Shown here in pieces: positions 1 to 13,382 of a DNA stretch of 64,000 bases. Numbering within the stretch: the first letter of the stretch is position 1; every line of letters starts with the position of its first letter. Position numbers and translations under genes: made by a program. The DNA is from Podarcis gaigeae (lineage: Eukaryota). Where the stretch lies: NCBI GenBank assembly GCA_964106915.2, contig OZ066914.1; one strand, given 5' to 3'. The notes under the pieces were generated by a model, which saw nothing but the letters and a program-made list of their open reading frames with translations, was not told where the DNA came from and did not search any database.

Positions 1-1029
1 ATCAAGACCTACCAAAGAATAAAGCACTACAATTATGCAGGCCTCCCCTTCATCCCACAGGACATTTAAAACAGCTTATCAAAATAATAAGCGTTTAAGT
101 TTGCATAAATACATAAAGATGAGATGAAGGAACTGTGTGGGACCTACTTTAAATACATCGGTTTCTGATGCTTATCTGATTCTGAAAATAAAGTCAGCAG
201 GTTGCAACCCAGAAATCCCAACCTTTCCTTAATATTAACAATGCAGGAAGTGTAGTAAGCACAAAATGTCCCACTGCATTGTTAACGGTTATGTATAGCC
301 TATTGCTGGAAGCTGGAACTTGCAACAATGGCTGAAAAGTTTAGGAACCACCACAGACATAAAACAGGGCAGGGGAAAAGCAGAGAATTCACTGCTCAGA
401 TGAAACAATGGATTATTTTAATACTGCCATTTATGGAAAGGGATACACAGACAGTTAACTCCTTCCCAGAGGAGGTGTCTGCTAGAGGAAAGCAATCAGT
501 CCTGATAACAGAACTGGTATCATATGGAAATAATCACTATTCATTCTCAGAAACATCATTTCTTACTAATGGCTATAGATTTGTTCTGTGGAACAAAAAT
601 AATGCACAAAATTGAGACATGGGCAAAAGTGCGGTACTTTTTTTTTTCTATCTACCCAGGCAGGATTCTCCTTTCATTCAATAAGGACTTCTTGGCAGAG
701 TGAATATCCATGGAGATGGTATTCTCTTTTCACTCTGAAGATCATGGAGCTTCCAGAATTCAGGTGCATGAATGAAAGTGTGTACCTAAGGCTGCCTGAT
801 CAGTGATCATTTCAAGGAAGAAATCTCCAGTGGCTCAGGGAGCACAGCGCTGAAGTGCTTTGGTGCTGAGTGGCATTTTAGTGGTGCACTTAGCTTTCAC
901 CTGTGCACTGAGCTTGTTCCAGTTTGCATTAGATCAAAAGTAATAAGCAGAGCGAGTCCCAAGAAGCAGAAATGAGAATGAGAATGGAAGATACTAACTG
1001 GGATGCGCAGGTGTGACACAGGAACGCAC

Positions 1030-1092
1030 CACTGAAATGAGATACACGCACAGACAAGGAAACGACGCGATGTCTATTAATATTGGTGTGAG
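1030..1092 (-). CDS. BRSK2: Candidate cassette exon (63 nt): (A)HTNINRHRVVSLSVRVSHFS
   Basis: tctctcattctttgcaag|CTCACACC...TTCAGTG|gtgcgt; symmetric phase 1-1, open, locally CpG-rich. Confidence 0.5.
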
Positions 1093-3096
1093 CTTGCAAA
1101 GAATGAGAGACAACAGAAAACAGTCCTGTTCTGAAACCCAGGCAAACCAGTTTAATGGGCCGGCCCACAGCTCAGCAGACCAAGCAGGGTCCGGAGATGT
1201 AGCAAGCATCACCTCCACGAAGTCACAAGTCCTTGCTGGCAGTGATGGAGCTGGAGACATGTTCAGAGATGGGGTCACCTAGCTGCAAGGTACATCTGTT
1301 GCAATATACTGTATCACCCCTCTCCCTCTCGCAGTACATACAGTATATGTTTGTGCACAGAGAGGCCTCCAGTCACTCACCTGTAATGGCACCTGACCTG
1401 GAAGGTGGGGAACACTGTTTTGCTAGAGCAGGTGAGCTCTCTGAACTTCTCCAGAGGCTAGAATCAGTTACAAATGCTTTGCACTTTAATCTGTGAGTTA
1501 CAGATTAAATGAACATTGATTTCGACTGAGGCTGCTTTTGAAGTAAGCAACTGTTCCTCACAGAATGCAGCTTGATTTGGAGTTACCCAGGCTGCAAAGA
1601 CATTATGCTAAGCTGAATGGCCCCTCGTGATTCTATGACCTCCTGGGTGCCAGGGGACAAGAAGGTGGCTTTTGTGTTGGAAGGAGAGCAGAATTCCTTC
1701 CCTTGCCCATTCAAGGCTCATCTGGCAATTATCCTGGGAACAATTCCTCATTACTTCTATTCCATTTTAAAAACAGTGTCATTTGGTGCCAACTTCCCAA
1801 TAATTCCTATCCCATTTCAAACGAGCATCATTTTTGCTTCCCTGTTTTCTCAACCACAGCCTGGACATCCATATAATTTTTAAATCACAGCCACATACGA
1901 AATAAATGTTTCTTGTCAAGAATTCCATCCAGTCACAGGTTTATTTTAGTCTGAATTCACAGAAAGTGGAGGCTGTTTAATAAGTCACTATGAGTAAAAG
2001 CTACACATGGGAAGTTTGTTCTCTGTTGTTATTGTTGTTAGCCTCAAAAAGATGCTAACTTTATTGAACTCTTCTAAAAGCATGAAGAGCTGGGGCTAGT
2101 GAGGACAAAGGCAACTTTCTTCCCATGTGGCTACAACCACTGCATGATGAATTTATATAAGAAGCAGTCATCCTGCAGTGCTGAGTCTTGGAACCTACCC
2201 TGATGCTCCCTTTGCTTATTAATTTGAAACTCCTTGTTTCCTATCCTAGACCAGCCAGACATCTGCAGATGCAAAGTAAGTGACAGCAGTCTGTCTGACC
2301 AGATTCAAATTATATTGATCAGTTTTAGACATCTAGTAATTCTTTCCCAATCCATGCTCTCAGTTGTGAAAGGCTGCCCATCTCCTCCCGTTGATATATT
2401 TCTCACATGCTTGTCATCACAAGGGTGGCTTTAAAGGGTGAGATTAGCTACCACTGGCATAGAGAGAAATTGGACTTTGGGTCTATGTACCTCATGTTTT
2501 GTTCTGTTTTTCCTATACACTTTACAACAGACAAACGTTTCCTGTAGTGTTGCAGAGTTGTTGTTGTTTGCTTGGAAGAAGCTAAATCCGCTTATCCTAG
2601 TGACCTTCACGAGGTGAAGCAGTGAAGATCAGGGCTTGTGGAAGGCTAGAGAGGTAGTAGGGGAATTGCTAAATGAAGAGATTGCCAGTAGATAAATGTT
2701 CATCCCATTCATGAAAGGGCTAAAGGGTAATAAAAAAATTATTTCCTGGTGGAGTGTGGCATAAAACTGTAACAGGCGAGATATTTCTGCCATTGCTCAG
2801 CCATTTCCACTTCATTAAAGTGAGCAGATAAAATGGCGTGTGGCTTCTTCAGAGTAAGTGACTTTCCAAAAATCAGTCTTGCTCTAAACTTCCAATAATT
2901 CCCACTTGCTAGCAAAAGTCACTTCCTCCCCAGGAGCTAACTCAGGCCATTGTTTCTTTTAAAAAATGGTTTGTAGAGGACTCTTTCATCTGATACATTT
3001 TGAGGCATGTCCATGATTTTGGGGTGGGGGGGATTTTTGGAATTAAACAAACTGCTGATGACACTTCCTGTGAAAAGGGGGACAAATGGCTCTTGG

Positions 3097-3126
3097 GGCA
3101 GGGCAGGGCAGGGCAGGGCAGGGCAG
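3097..3126. repeat. (GGGCA)n pentamer repeat
   Basis: About 6 copies, read directly. Confidence 0.9.
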
Positions 3127-3342
3127 TTCACGTGGAGGTGGGGGGGATGCATTTAGGAAATGGGAATTGGTGCAAGGCAGGTGGGAGTGGAGCAAATGGC
3201 AAGGGAGAGATGTGCAGAGGAGTCTTACTGTTTGTGCTGAATGAAACTAGTTTTCTAGGTGCAACTTGAGGGCTATGCTGATAGGTGCTTCCAATTCATG
3301 TCCTTGCCTGAAGCAAAGCACTGAGCTGTGGAAGCTACTTAC

Positions 3343-3432
3343 CTGATAACTGCTGCACTGAAGGCTGGTCATGTGTGCTTAACAACTGTGCCTGAATGGT
3401 TTCTACTACCCTCTTAAAGCGACGGCTTGGAC
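3343..3432 (-). CDS. BRSK2: BRSK2 exon (90 nt): (G)[29 protein letters not shown]
   Basis: ttcacag|GTCCAAGC...TCAG|gtaagt; phase 1 to 1. Confidence 0.97.
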
Positions 3433-4756
3433 CTGTGAAAAGACACATCGGACTGTGAGTTGTGGAAGAACTGAACACTGCTGTGGAAGGGAGAGTGTAG
3501 GAAGAGAGCACATTTCCATTAACTTTTCTGCTCAGTATTAGACTTCACCTGAAAGCTTCTCATCCTTATGTTTACAAATATGTCCAATTCCCTTCTATTA
3601 ATTATTTCTTCTCCTTTATATTCCCCCCATGCCACCATTTTGCTGCTCCTCTGCCAGCCCCTCCAGCTTCTCTCTCTCACTCCTGCCTCTGGGCTTCCAG
3701 CCATGCTGCTCCCTATGCTCAGAATAGACCCCACCTCTCTGTTCAGCAAATAATTTCATTTTTCTCTCCCAAGTCCTTATCTCAAGACTCACTTATGCAA
3801 CAAAGTTTTTTTCAGAACCAGCTACCAGAGGCTCACTTTACCTGCTCCTCCATTACTAATTTAGTCTCTCTTTCTTGATCCCCATGACTTTCTATCAATC
3901 CTTGAGCTTTCTTCTATCTTGCCTAGTTAATGAAAATGGCAAATCCTCTAGAAAGGAATGGTGTCACTTTTATGTTCTGTACAGCATGCACCTAAGGACC
4001 TTGTTCCAGCTCTATGAAAGTTTAATATTAGTAGCAGTAGGTTATGCCTATCACATTCTTAATAAAGCTTTATGAAGATTCACTTCCCTCTGAAACTTAC
4101 TAGACCTTCCAGCTCCCTTGCAACATCTGTAGATCTCATTATATTATACTTAACTACCTAGTTCGTATACCCCTGGTACCTCTACCATTTCTCCCCAACA
4201 TGGCCAGCAAAAAAACACTGTTCCTTGTTTGCTTGTTTGTATTTTTAAAAAAACACTGCTTAGTCTCCAGGATTTTGTGTAACCCAAATCCCCAAAGCAA
4301 AGTAGAACTATATGTAATCTAAATAACCATCCATTTCCAAAGCTTTTGCATTTTTTTAAAGCACTCCAGAACAGCTGGCGTCCCATGAAGCTAAACACAG
4401 TCAGAATGACTAAAGAGGGTGGAATGGTAAACTCAACCCACCTCAGTTTGAGTACTGCTAGTCATGTAATGTGGCTTACCAAGTGTTTGACAGGCCTACC
4501 ATTTTATTTTTTTTAGTCTCAGGCAGGCAACAAAAGCAGATTTACTGAGTCCCTGTTGGACCGCCATACCTGGATGATGGACAATGTTCATCCGCGTAAG
4601 TCACAAGCTACACGTACCTGCTCTACTAGGCTAAATGCGCCAAATAACATCTTAAGGGCACCAATTTTGAAAGCTCTCTTCCAGAATTCTGAAGACTAGT
4701 TTGACTGCTAAAATGTTTCCTTTTGAAGCTGTCTCAAACACAAACAAATCCAGAAA

Positions 4757-4822
4757 GGCAGCTGTGTTAATCTGTTGCAGCGAAAACAACAGAAAGTTTT
4801 GTGGCACTTTTAAAGACCAATG
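4757..4822. mobile_element. Older degraded Penelope-like terminus
   Basis: GCAGCTGTGTTAATCTG...GTGGCACTTTTAAAGACCAA resembles the reverse complement of the 25.2 kb and 38.7 kb element end. Confidence 0.45.
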
Positions 4823-5024
4823 AATGGTATATTTGATTGTCAACCCTGCACAGGACAAGAAATACAAACTATGTAAATCACTGTGTGTGATAAGTGCACT
4901 TCACAGCATGTATATCTGACATTCACACACAAGGAAAACATAAGCTGTGTTAGTAAGCTACAACTGTTAGCAGTATAATTATGCACATGCATGGCAAAAA
5001 AGTGTGATGTGCAATTTTCCACAC

Positions 5025-5215
5025 ATGATGACCAGCAATTTGGATGGCTTTAAGAGAGGATTAGACATGTCCATAAAAGATAACACTATCAATGGCTATT
5101 AGCCACAATGCCTATGTTCTGACTCTACTGTCTGAGACAGTCTGTGAATGCCACTTGTTGGGAATCACAACTGGGGAGGCTGTGGTTGCACCCAGGGGTC
5201 CTGATCCAGCAGGGA
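5025..5215 (+). mobile_element. CR1 LINE 3' fragment (degraded)
   Basis: TTGGATGGCTTTAAGAGAGGATTAGAC...ATCAATGGCTATTAGCCA, typical of the CR1 ORF2 end. Confidence 0.7.
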
Positions 5216-5371
5216 TTTTCTTACAACAATTTAGACACCATTTGAACACTTCCACATACATGCAAACTGCTGCTGCCTCTTGAAGAAATTAACTACAATT
5301 AAGGCCGCCCTCACTATTTTGTCTGTGCTCCTCCTCCTCCTCCATGCAGACAGCAAGCTTGTGACAATTAC

Positions 5372-5552
5372 CTGATAAAAGTGTGAAAGTGACTGAGTAG
5401 ATCCCGTTCTCTTTCTGGGCCTCCCCACCTTCTGTGTATGTTATGTCCACTTGGAACTTCACTGGCTTCTGAAAGACAGCAGGGCCCCCTGTGGATTTGT
5501 ACTCTGCGCGGAAGCTTGTCTGTGAGATGACGCTGTGACTGAGGCTGGGGAT
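5372..5552 (-). CDS. BRSK2: BRSK2 exon (181 nt): [60 protein letters not shown](G), KA1
   Basis: tactag|ATCCCC...TCAG|gtaatt; phase 0 to 1; absent from the ORF track. Confidence 0.97.
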
Positions 5553-5739
5553 CTAGTAGGAAACAACAACATGAAGAACAAATGGTACTACCACTCTAAA
5601 ACCAGTGGCAACACACCAATTTAAAAAGCATCAAAATCTGAATGGGAAAGACTGCTGTTTTGTGGGACTGCCCTTTCTTTAAGAATGAAGGAGCATTCCA
5701 GTCTGATCTGCAGCAATAAAAAATGAACTTCAATAAGAT

Positions 5740-6150
5740 CTCATCAGCTAGCCATTTATTAAAAATTGTTAAATGCCCAAACTCCTGGCTCCGAGAACTG
5801 CTCACACACAGCATCTCCGCCTTACCAGGATTCAATTTCAGTTTACTGGCTCTGATCTAGTCCACCACTGTGTCTAGGCACCAGTCTGGAACACCCATGG
5901 CTTCTCTTGATTCAGATGTTACAGAGAAACAGAGCAAGGTGACATTTGCACATGGTTGACACCACACTCCAAATCTCCTAATGATTGCCTCCAGAATCTT
6001 TCATATGGATGTTAAGCAGGACTGGGGGGGGGGGGAAATAGTCTCCCAAGGCATTCAAGAACAAAGTTTACAGAGTGCAGGCACATAGTCATTCTCTGCT
6101 CTTCTCTGGACCAGCCCTGCAGATTTGAATGGGACCACGGTAAAACACTG
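5740..6150 (-). mobile_element. Degraded L2-like LINE RT fragment
   Basis: LNPGKAEML motif on the minus strand; similar to the antisense of the 32.3-32.5 kb region. Confidence 0.6.
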
Positions 6151-6181
6151 CTGCGTGGGTTTGTGGAAGTATTGCACAAGT

Positions 6182-6271
6182 CATAGCTGTCAACTTTCCC
6201 CCTTTTTAAAGGGAAATCCTATACGGAATAAGGGAATTTCCCTTTAAAAAAGGGAAACATTGACAGCTATG
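6182..6271. mobile_element. 90-bp hAT-type palindromic MITE
   Basis: TIRs CATAGCTGTCAA/TTGACAGCTATG; perfect 8-bp TSD GCACAAGT at 6174-6181 and 6272-6279. Confidence 0.88.
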
Positions 6272-7993
6272 GCACAAGTGTCAAAATGTATAGGAAGCAT
6301 TCTTGGACTGATAATGTGGAAAGGGCAAGAAGAAACATTTTGAAGTTATTAATATAGTGTTGAAAGGCACTTTGCACACATTATCTTCATGCACCTTAGA
6401 ACAAACCTGCAACTCTTATTACCTCCATATTACAGGTTTGAGGAGGGCTGTGAGGTAGCAGTTTGACTTTGGTTCCCAATGAGCTGAGATCTGAATCAGC
6501 ACCATGTTGCTCATGCTGTTAACTACTCTGCCACACTAGCTCCCAATAATTACTTGGGGCTGTAATCTTATACACTTTTATCTGGGAGTAGGTCCTATTG
6601 TTATCCAACTTACGGTAAACTATACTCAGATACACCAAAATCAATAGACTTGAGTTACTTATGCCCATTTATTTCAACAGGTCAACTCTGAGTACGACTA
6701 ACATTAGATTTCACCCAATGCCAACTTCTGAGTAGACCTATACAGAGTTGCTCTCTGAGGGACTTAAAACTGGCAAAGATCATTTGGGATTCTTGCTCCT
6801 ACACATACGACTGTATCACACTCCACTTTAAAAGAAGCCCCAAAGATTAATTATTTCAGGGAGAGTTCCAGAACATGACTTGAGATTGCGTTCTCCCAAG
6901 GGCAGAGTTTGCTTTGGCCTCCAGAAAAGGGTAAGAAATAAGCTACTAGGTGGGAATGTAAAGGAATCAACCCGTTATGTATAGCCACCGTGATTTTATG
7001 TGCAATTTTGCTTGGAGTATGGCTGGATTTATACACCATGCTCTGGGGAACCTGAAAAATATGCCTAAGAAGTTAATCTTTTTAAAATCTTATTTCTCAG
7101 GGAAGTTCTGCTAAGAAAGCCAGCTCTGAGTCTGGCATATATGAGTGAGAAATGAATACATAAAAAAGAAAATGAGTAACGTTGAGGGAAAGATGGTGTA
7201 ACTGAAGAACAAAGAGGCAAAGGTCACTTATACACTAGCCATTTAATATGGAGCAGACATAATCTCTTCACTCAGTTTTTACAGAGAATTTAGATGACAG
7301 CATTTCCAACTCAATGTACTCCAGAATTCTTCATATTGTCCTCCCACCTTTTTCAGATCTGAGCTGTGATTTTTAAAAACAGCTTGTATTTTTTAAAATA
7401 AAAAAATAAAGATTACATTTAGTCAGTACATGCTATATAGCCATAGTAACAATAAAAAACACTACATCAATGGAAAGAAGCTTTCCTACCACTGTATATT
7501 CTCCTGCATTCTAGTACTATAAAGCACCCCTACTCATTTTGTTAAAATGCAGTTCAGAATGGCATTGAGCCTTCTTGGGGCTACTGTCTCTTTAATTTCC
7601 CTCCATTCTTTGTTTTAAAGTGACTTCTGCTTCTGGCTCTTACATTAGTCAGTTCCTGTTCCTCGTGTGGTTGGTGATAATTACTAGTTTTGTCTTTGCA
7701 ATCAAAGCAAATGTTCATTAATTTTATTATTACAATTACATGGTTAAAGTAATAAAAAATAAAATTTCTAAAAAACAATTACTCCAGCTGATAAGAAACC
7801 CAAAATAAAACGGCCTCCCACAGATAACAGGAACTGATTAGTCAGTAACCAAGAAACATTGTGGCCACAGGAGAGAACAGAAAGAAATTTTAGTTTTAAA
7901 GGGCACTAGTGTGGAATGTGTCTGGAACTACAGGCTGAGGAACCACAGCTCATCAAGTTTCACTTGTGTGTTTATGTTTATGTACATACTTAC

Positions 7994-8117
7994 CGAGAGG
8001 AATGCATGGACTATGTCAGCCTTGATAGAACTCAGCGGTTTGTCCTTAATAACCACAAAGATCTGTTCTTCTTTCTCTAGGTTGATAAAGTTACCAAACC
8101 AGGATTTTTTGGCAAGC
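7994..8117 (-). CDS. BRSK2: BRSK2 exon (124 nt): [41 protein letters not shown], autoinhibitory segment and KA1 start
   Basis: ggtcag|GCTTGCC...CTCTCG|gtaagt; phase 2 to 0. Confidence 0.97.
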
Positions 8118-11100
8118 CTGACCAATCCAGGAGGGAGAGAAAGAAAAGGCGAAAAAACAGAAAGCAAAGAGAAGATTTAGAGAAGAAAAGCACAGGCAAT
8201 TATAATACACAGCCAACTAGGCCTTAGCTACGCTGTGTGGAACGGTATAAGTCATTGTGTCAAGAGAGTCATATTTGCTCAGAGACAGAAAGCACCCCAG
8301 TGATGCATTTGGCTTTACTACAACAGTATGTACAGTTGGAAACAGAAGACTAGGTATTGTACTGTTCAAGTAAACCTAGAAGGGCAGAGGCACTAATGGG
8401 TACAACCGTGAAACAGCTTTACAAGATACAGCAGGGAGCTGAATAAGGAGGACATTGGTAGGACTCTTTGTGTGTGCCACTGATATGCACACATGCAGTC
8501 CATGCACACCCTGATTTCTGTAAGCACTCTGCACATGAATGGAATGTGTTCTCTGGCACCCTAAAAATCCAGCGTGCACTGTGCTCATTGACAGCCCCCT
8601 GGACACTCATTACAATGTCTAGTCCTGAGGTTATTTAATCTATAGTAATATGACACATTTAAGAGAGAAATGTTGTACACCACCTGCTTTCGAAAGCAAG
8701 CTTAAAAAAAGAAAGAAGAAAAAAGCATCTACATCTGCCTGCCTGGCTAACAGAGGAAAAGAAAACAATCACACTTTGGCAAATCTCTCCCAGTTCCTCT
8801 GTTAAAACTGGGTTGGGAAAGCACAACTCTCTGAAATATTAATAAGCAGCTATAGCTGACCACAAGCCAAAGATTAGCATGGGGAACAGTAAAGAGAAAG
8901 GGCCACTCATTTAAGTAGGCTATTAAGAAGCCTGGGCTTTTGCCTTCCTCAAACACACCAGAATGACTCTGTAGGCCTCAGAACAATTATGCTGTCTGTT
9001 CCTTGCACATTAAAAGCCTTTGCTGATTAGATATTTATATGTATAGTTATTCATCCAACTGCCCCAGTCCCTTCAGACTTCAGGTTGCTGCAATACACCT
9101 CTGAATAGAAACATATGAAGGATGGAGCAAGTGCTTTTTCTAGCACAGGTACATGGACCACACAGCGGGTGCATGCTGCTGCTGGATATGTCCACGATCC
9201 ACTAAACACAGGCTACCTTTCCATACGCCACAATATATACATTTTAATAACTGGGATTTATTTCCTTCTCTCATTTAAACAGGGAGAGACAATTCTAGTG
9301 AAATCCTCATGGGTGGGTTGCAGAGTTTTTGATGAACTTACTTTACTTCTGTGGTATATGAGGGGTGTTTTTGATGGTCCTTTCATTCTGCAAAGCTAGC
9401 TCACCAATGGCCTGTGCCCTGTAGCCTCCCTGCGCCCTGCAGCTTTCTGCAATTCAATTACAGCTCAGGGAAAGGCATCATGAGGTAACTCCTCCCACAG
9501 AGTTTTTCCAGGTTAGGAAGCTGGGCAGCTGAAGAGGCTGCAGTGTGCTGGCAAAATGTTTACAGAAAATAAAAGGAAAAATGCAATCCTACCTTGCAAT
9601 AAAGCAAGCTTAAAACTCAAGGAAATTCTCAAGTCTCCTGAGAATGAGGTGGAAAAAAAGGAAAAGATATTTTGCAATGAAAGAAAACTTTGGAGAAACT
9701 GAAGGAGAGGTTTTGGCACAGCACTAGTCTGCATGATCTAAGCAGTGCTGCTTCCAACAGAGAGAATCAGTGCTATCCGAAAAATTATTAACTCTACACG
9801 GGGGAGGAAAAAAGGGTGGGAGCATGCAGCCTCAGTTATTCAAGATTCACGGCACAATTTTCTAAGGATGTTTACTCAGGAGTAAACTTAGGCCACAGTG
9901 TTCAATGAGCCTTACTCCCTAACAAGTGTACTAAATAAAACTTTTTAAAATGAAATGTTACACTGCTTTCTTTTTAAAGTGCTGCCAGCCAAGCAAAACA
10001 CTGCATTAGAGAGAAGCGAAACTTGCTTCCCCAATAAGGCCTCAAGCATTATGAACATTATGAAATTGACATTAAAAAACTTGAAGACCATTTTGTAAAA
10101 TTAAAAACTGGGATATTTCAATTGCCTCTGAGCTGTGATAACGGATGTACTGTATCCATTCTGACACTTCATATAATCACAAGGGTAGGGTCTGTTCTGA
10201 AATGAATGTTTTAATTCACATCCAATGGTAGGAGATTTAAAAGAAAAACCCATTTTAAAAGAAGAAGAAGGGATAAAAAGGTGCATACTCTTGGTAAAAC
10301 TGTATCTCATGAATGATCACCAGGAATAAAGGTTATATGGGCCTGCTTAAGTTTCCAGTGATACCCTGGAGCCTGTAACTGCTTGCAATACAGAGTTCTT
10401 CTGACGAGATACAAGACAGAATAGATTCTTGCGAGTTCTCCTGATGTAACTGTGCTGGGTCTGCAGGGCAAAGAGGTATAGATAGTGGCACTGATGTTTT
10501 ATAATGAAGGAGGGAAATTCAGCAGACCTGGCAGAATATCCATATTGCATAGACTTATCAGGTACTAGTTTAACAAGTAAGGGTTGGGGGCAAGGAAGGA
10601 GAGATTTATATACACCAGTGGCTCAATTAGTTTGGTGTATTCCTAGACGCTTGTGTGATCAAAGTAATCCCAGAACTATATGGTACATATTCATATTGAC
10701 TGTACCAGTGGGTCTGTGGATACTATTGTCTAAGACCACCCCACTGCAGTCTTACAGCTTACTCACTGTCTGGACATGTTGTAGCTACATCAGCTGAAGG
10801 CTAAAGTAATGATTTTTTAAATAAAGTGAAGCAGTATGCACAGGAATCTGAATTCTGATTGGGTTTAGCACCCTGCTCACTCAGGCTTGAATCCCGAGGG
10901 TTCCCTAGATTCATTGCTGCAACTCATATTCCATTTTGTGGGGGCTGTTGGGATCTTCCTAGACCAATCTGCACATAGAACAAGAATCAGACAAGACCCA
11001 CTTCTCAACAGAGGACCCTGCAACGGTTCCCCCAGCACATCTTAGGACCCACAGAAAATCAGTGTACCTAAAGGGAAACCTTAGGTCCCCAGCACAGGAA

Positions 11101-11599
11101 AATGGGAACCCTGAGAACTGGGGGATCTGGTAGATCCTTACCTTAACTCTGCCATTCTGGGTCCTGCTATGATCTGGGTCAGGGATAATATTCCAAATGT
11201 TGTTGGGCTACAACCCCAGCAAAATGAGCAGGGATGATAGGTCCTGTAGTGTGATATCTGAAGGTTCTATATAGGCTACCTAGTAATTGCAATTCATATA
11301 TTATCACCTCAAATCTAGATGAATGTAATGGGAAGAATTCAACATGGTGCTAGAGAGATTGTTCTGGTGTAAGAATCTCCCCTCTCCTGCCACGCTGTTC
11401 TGGTGGTTCTCCACCCTCTCCCCAATTGGGGCAGGGGGAGGATGGGGGTCAAACTCCGCTGCTCTAGTGGAAGTCCTTATGCAGGCATCTGCTAGCAGGA
11501 CTGGTTAGTTGAATCTGGCCCAATGTTTTACTTTAAAGGTGGGTTGGAATTTCCAGATTGAAAGCTGGCTGTCATATTCAGAACTAGCAGTGCTCCCAG

Positions 11600-11880
11600 T
11601 TGCTGCACTATTGCTTTAGGGACATAATTCAAGGTGCTAATTTTGATATATAAAGCCTCACCCCAGTAGCCCTTAAAGGCCACCTCTTCCCTTATGCAAC
11701 TCCCAAGGTTGACTGAGAGAATCTGTTTAGCAATACCATCGATGTGTGAGATTCAAACAGTAAGGGAGCACAGGGAGATATTCTCAGTGGCTGCACCACA
11801 ACTGCAGAACTCTCTTCCCTTGGAAACGTTCAGAAGCCCAAAACAGGATGTTGTTGGGAAGCACTGTTCTACGGCCTTTC
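11600..11880 (+). mobile_element. Degraded L2-like LINE 3' fragment
   Basis: IFSVAAPQLQNSLPLE motif and TTCAAGGTGCTAATTTTGATATATAAAGCC segment. Confidence 0.65.
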
Positions 11881-12750
11881 CCCCTTTTTCTTTTGGAAGG
11901 TAGAGTGTCATTACTGACTTAGGAGATGGTTTTGGGGGGTTGATAATGAAAATAACCCTAAAGGAAGGAGAGTGAAACATAAAAAAGAAATAAAGGGGAG
12001 AATACACACCGGGGACAACCTTAGGATTCAGAGGAAAAGCTTGCACAACATATCTGAAGGGTAGGAAGTCCATAGGGGAAAAACGACCTTGAAAAACACT
12101 GGAGAATCAACTTGACATCTATCTTAAGAAAGGTTTTCCACCCCAACAGATTGGTAGAAAGCAACAAGGTGCACTGGAGAAAGTATGCAATTTTACATCA
12201 TGTTGTAGACAAACAATGACAGCATTCTCTATATCTAAAATAAACCCATGGATTTAAACAGAATTGTCTCTCTATTGACCAGTGCTGCAATTCTATTTCC
12301 ACTTAACTAGGAGTAAGCCACACTGAACTCAACAAGACTTATCCCCAGGTAGACATGTATAGGATTGCATTGTAAAACATGCTTATACACCATCTCAATT
12401 TGTATTAGAGGCTCTAGCTTCTACAGGGGATTTCTGAAGCCCCTATGGGCTAAATTCTAAGTCAAAATACTAGTGGACACATACATACAGCCCAGTTCAA
12501 ACAAGTCCCATGATTCAGGACTTTGCTGAATTGAGGCCCTGCTGCAAATCAGCATAGCTCCATCATCTGGCACACATGGTGCAATGCTTTTTTCTTTTTT
12601 AAAATGTCAGATTTATAGAAGGTGATAGCAAACAGAAACACCAAGAGAATAAAAGTTAGGCAACCACCAATTCCATTATGTTTCTATTGGCTTGTGGCTC
12701 AAAGGCAGCTCTCTCCATGAATTGCTTCCCGTGCCTGCAGTCCTGTACAC

Positions 12751-13096
12751 TAGGGAAGGCTAACCTTTTTTATGCCCAAGGGCTGCGTTCACCCTTGGCC
12801 AACGCAGGAAGGGCTGCATGTTGTATACTAGCAGTGAGTATGGCCGCACCATATTCTCACTCATCAACACAGGTAGGCAAAATGCCCTCCTCAGCTGGCC
12901 CATGCAGATCAGCTGAGAAGGCTGATTATTATCCCTCCCTGTTCATATGACCCATCTGATGACTGAAGTGGGAAGATTTGCTTACCCAACAGGGTGATGA
13001 GTCTACTTTAACTTTACCCCTTTTTTGAAATCAGTGGGGTCCTGGAGGGGCAGAAAAAACGTGCTGGGAGCCCTCCATAGCTGTTAGCCACCCCTA
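12751..13096. mobile_element. Old hAT-like MITE
   Basis: Imperfect TIRs TAGGGAAGGCTAAC/GTTAGCCACCCCTA; TSD degenerate. Confidence 0.5.
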
Positions 13097-13346
13097 ATGT
13101 ATGCATTTAGAATGCTTCAGTCCAACTGATCTCAATAGGAACTAAGCAGCCTAACTAAGCATACCAACATTATTAGTATGAAAAGTCACTGCAAGATACC
13201 AATGAGAAAGATCACAGAGTTTTGCCTAAAATGTGTTTGAAACCTGTTCAATGTATCATTTTTTTATGGTAGTTTTTGGACTCAATCCCCAGGTCTGTGC
13301 TGCCACAGTAGAATATGGTCCCTGTCACCCGCAAATAAAAAAGCAG

Positions 13347-13347
<1 letters not shown>

Positions 13348-13382
<35 letters not shown>
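13348..13382. repeat. (TA)n(TG)n compound microsatellite
   Basis: Read directly. Confidence 0.95.

Noticed and set aside
4618-4632. Possible 15-nt microexon with a CAG|gtacgt donor
   Set aside because: Weak acceptor, immediate in-frame stop, no other support
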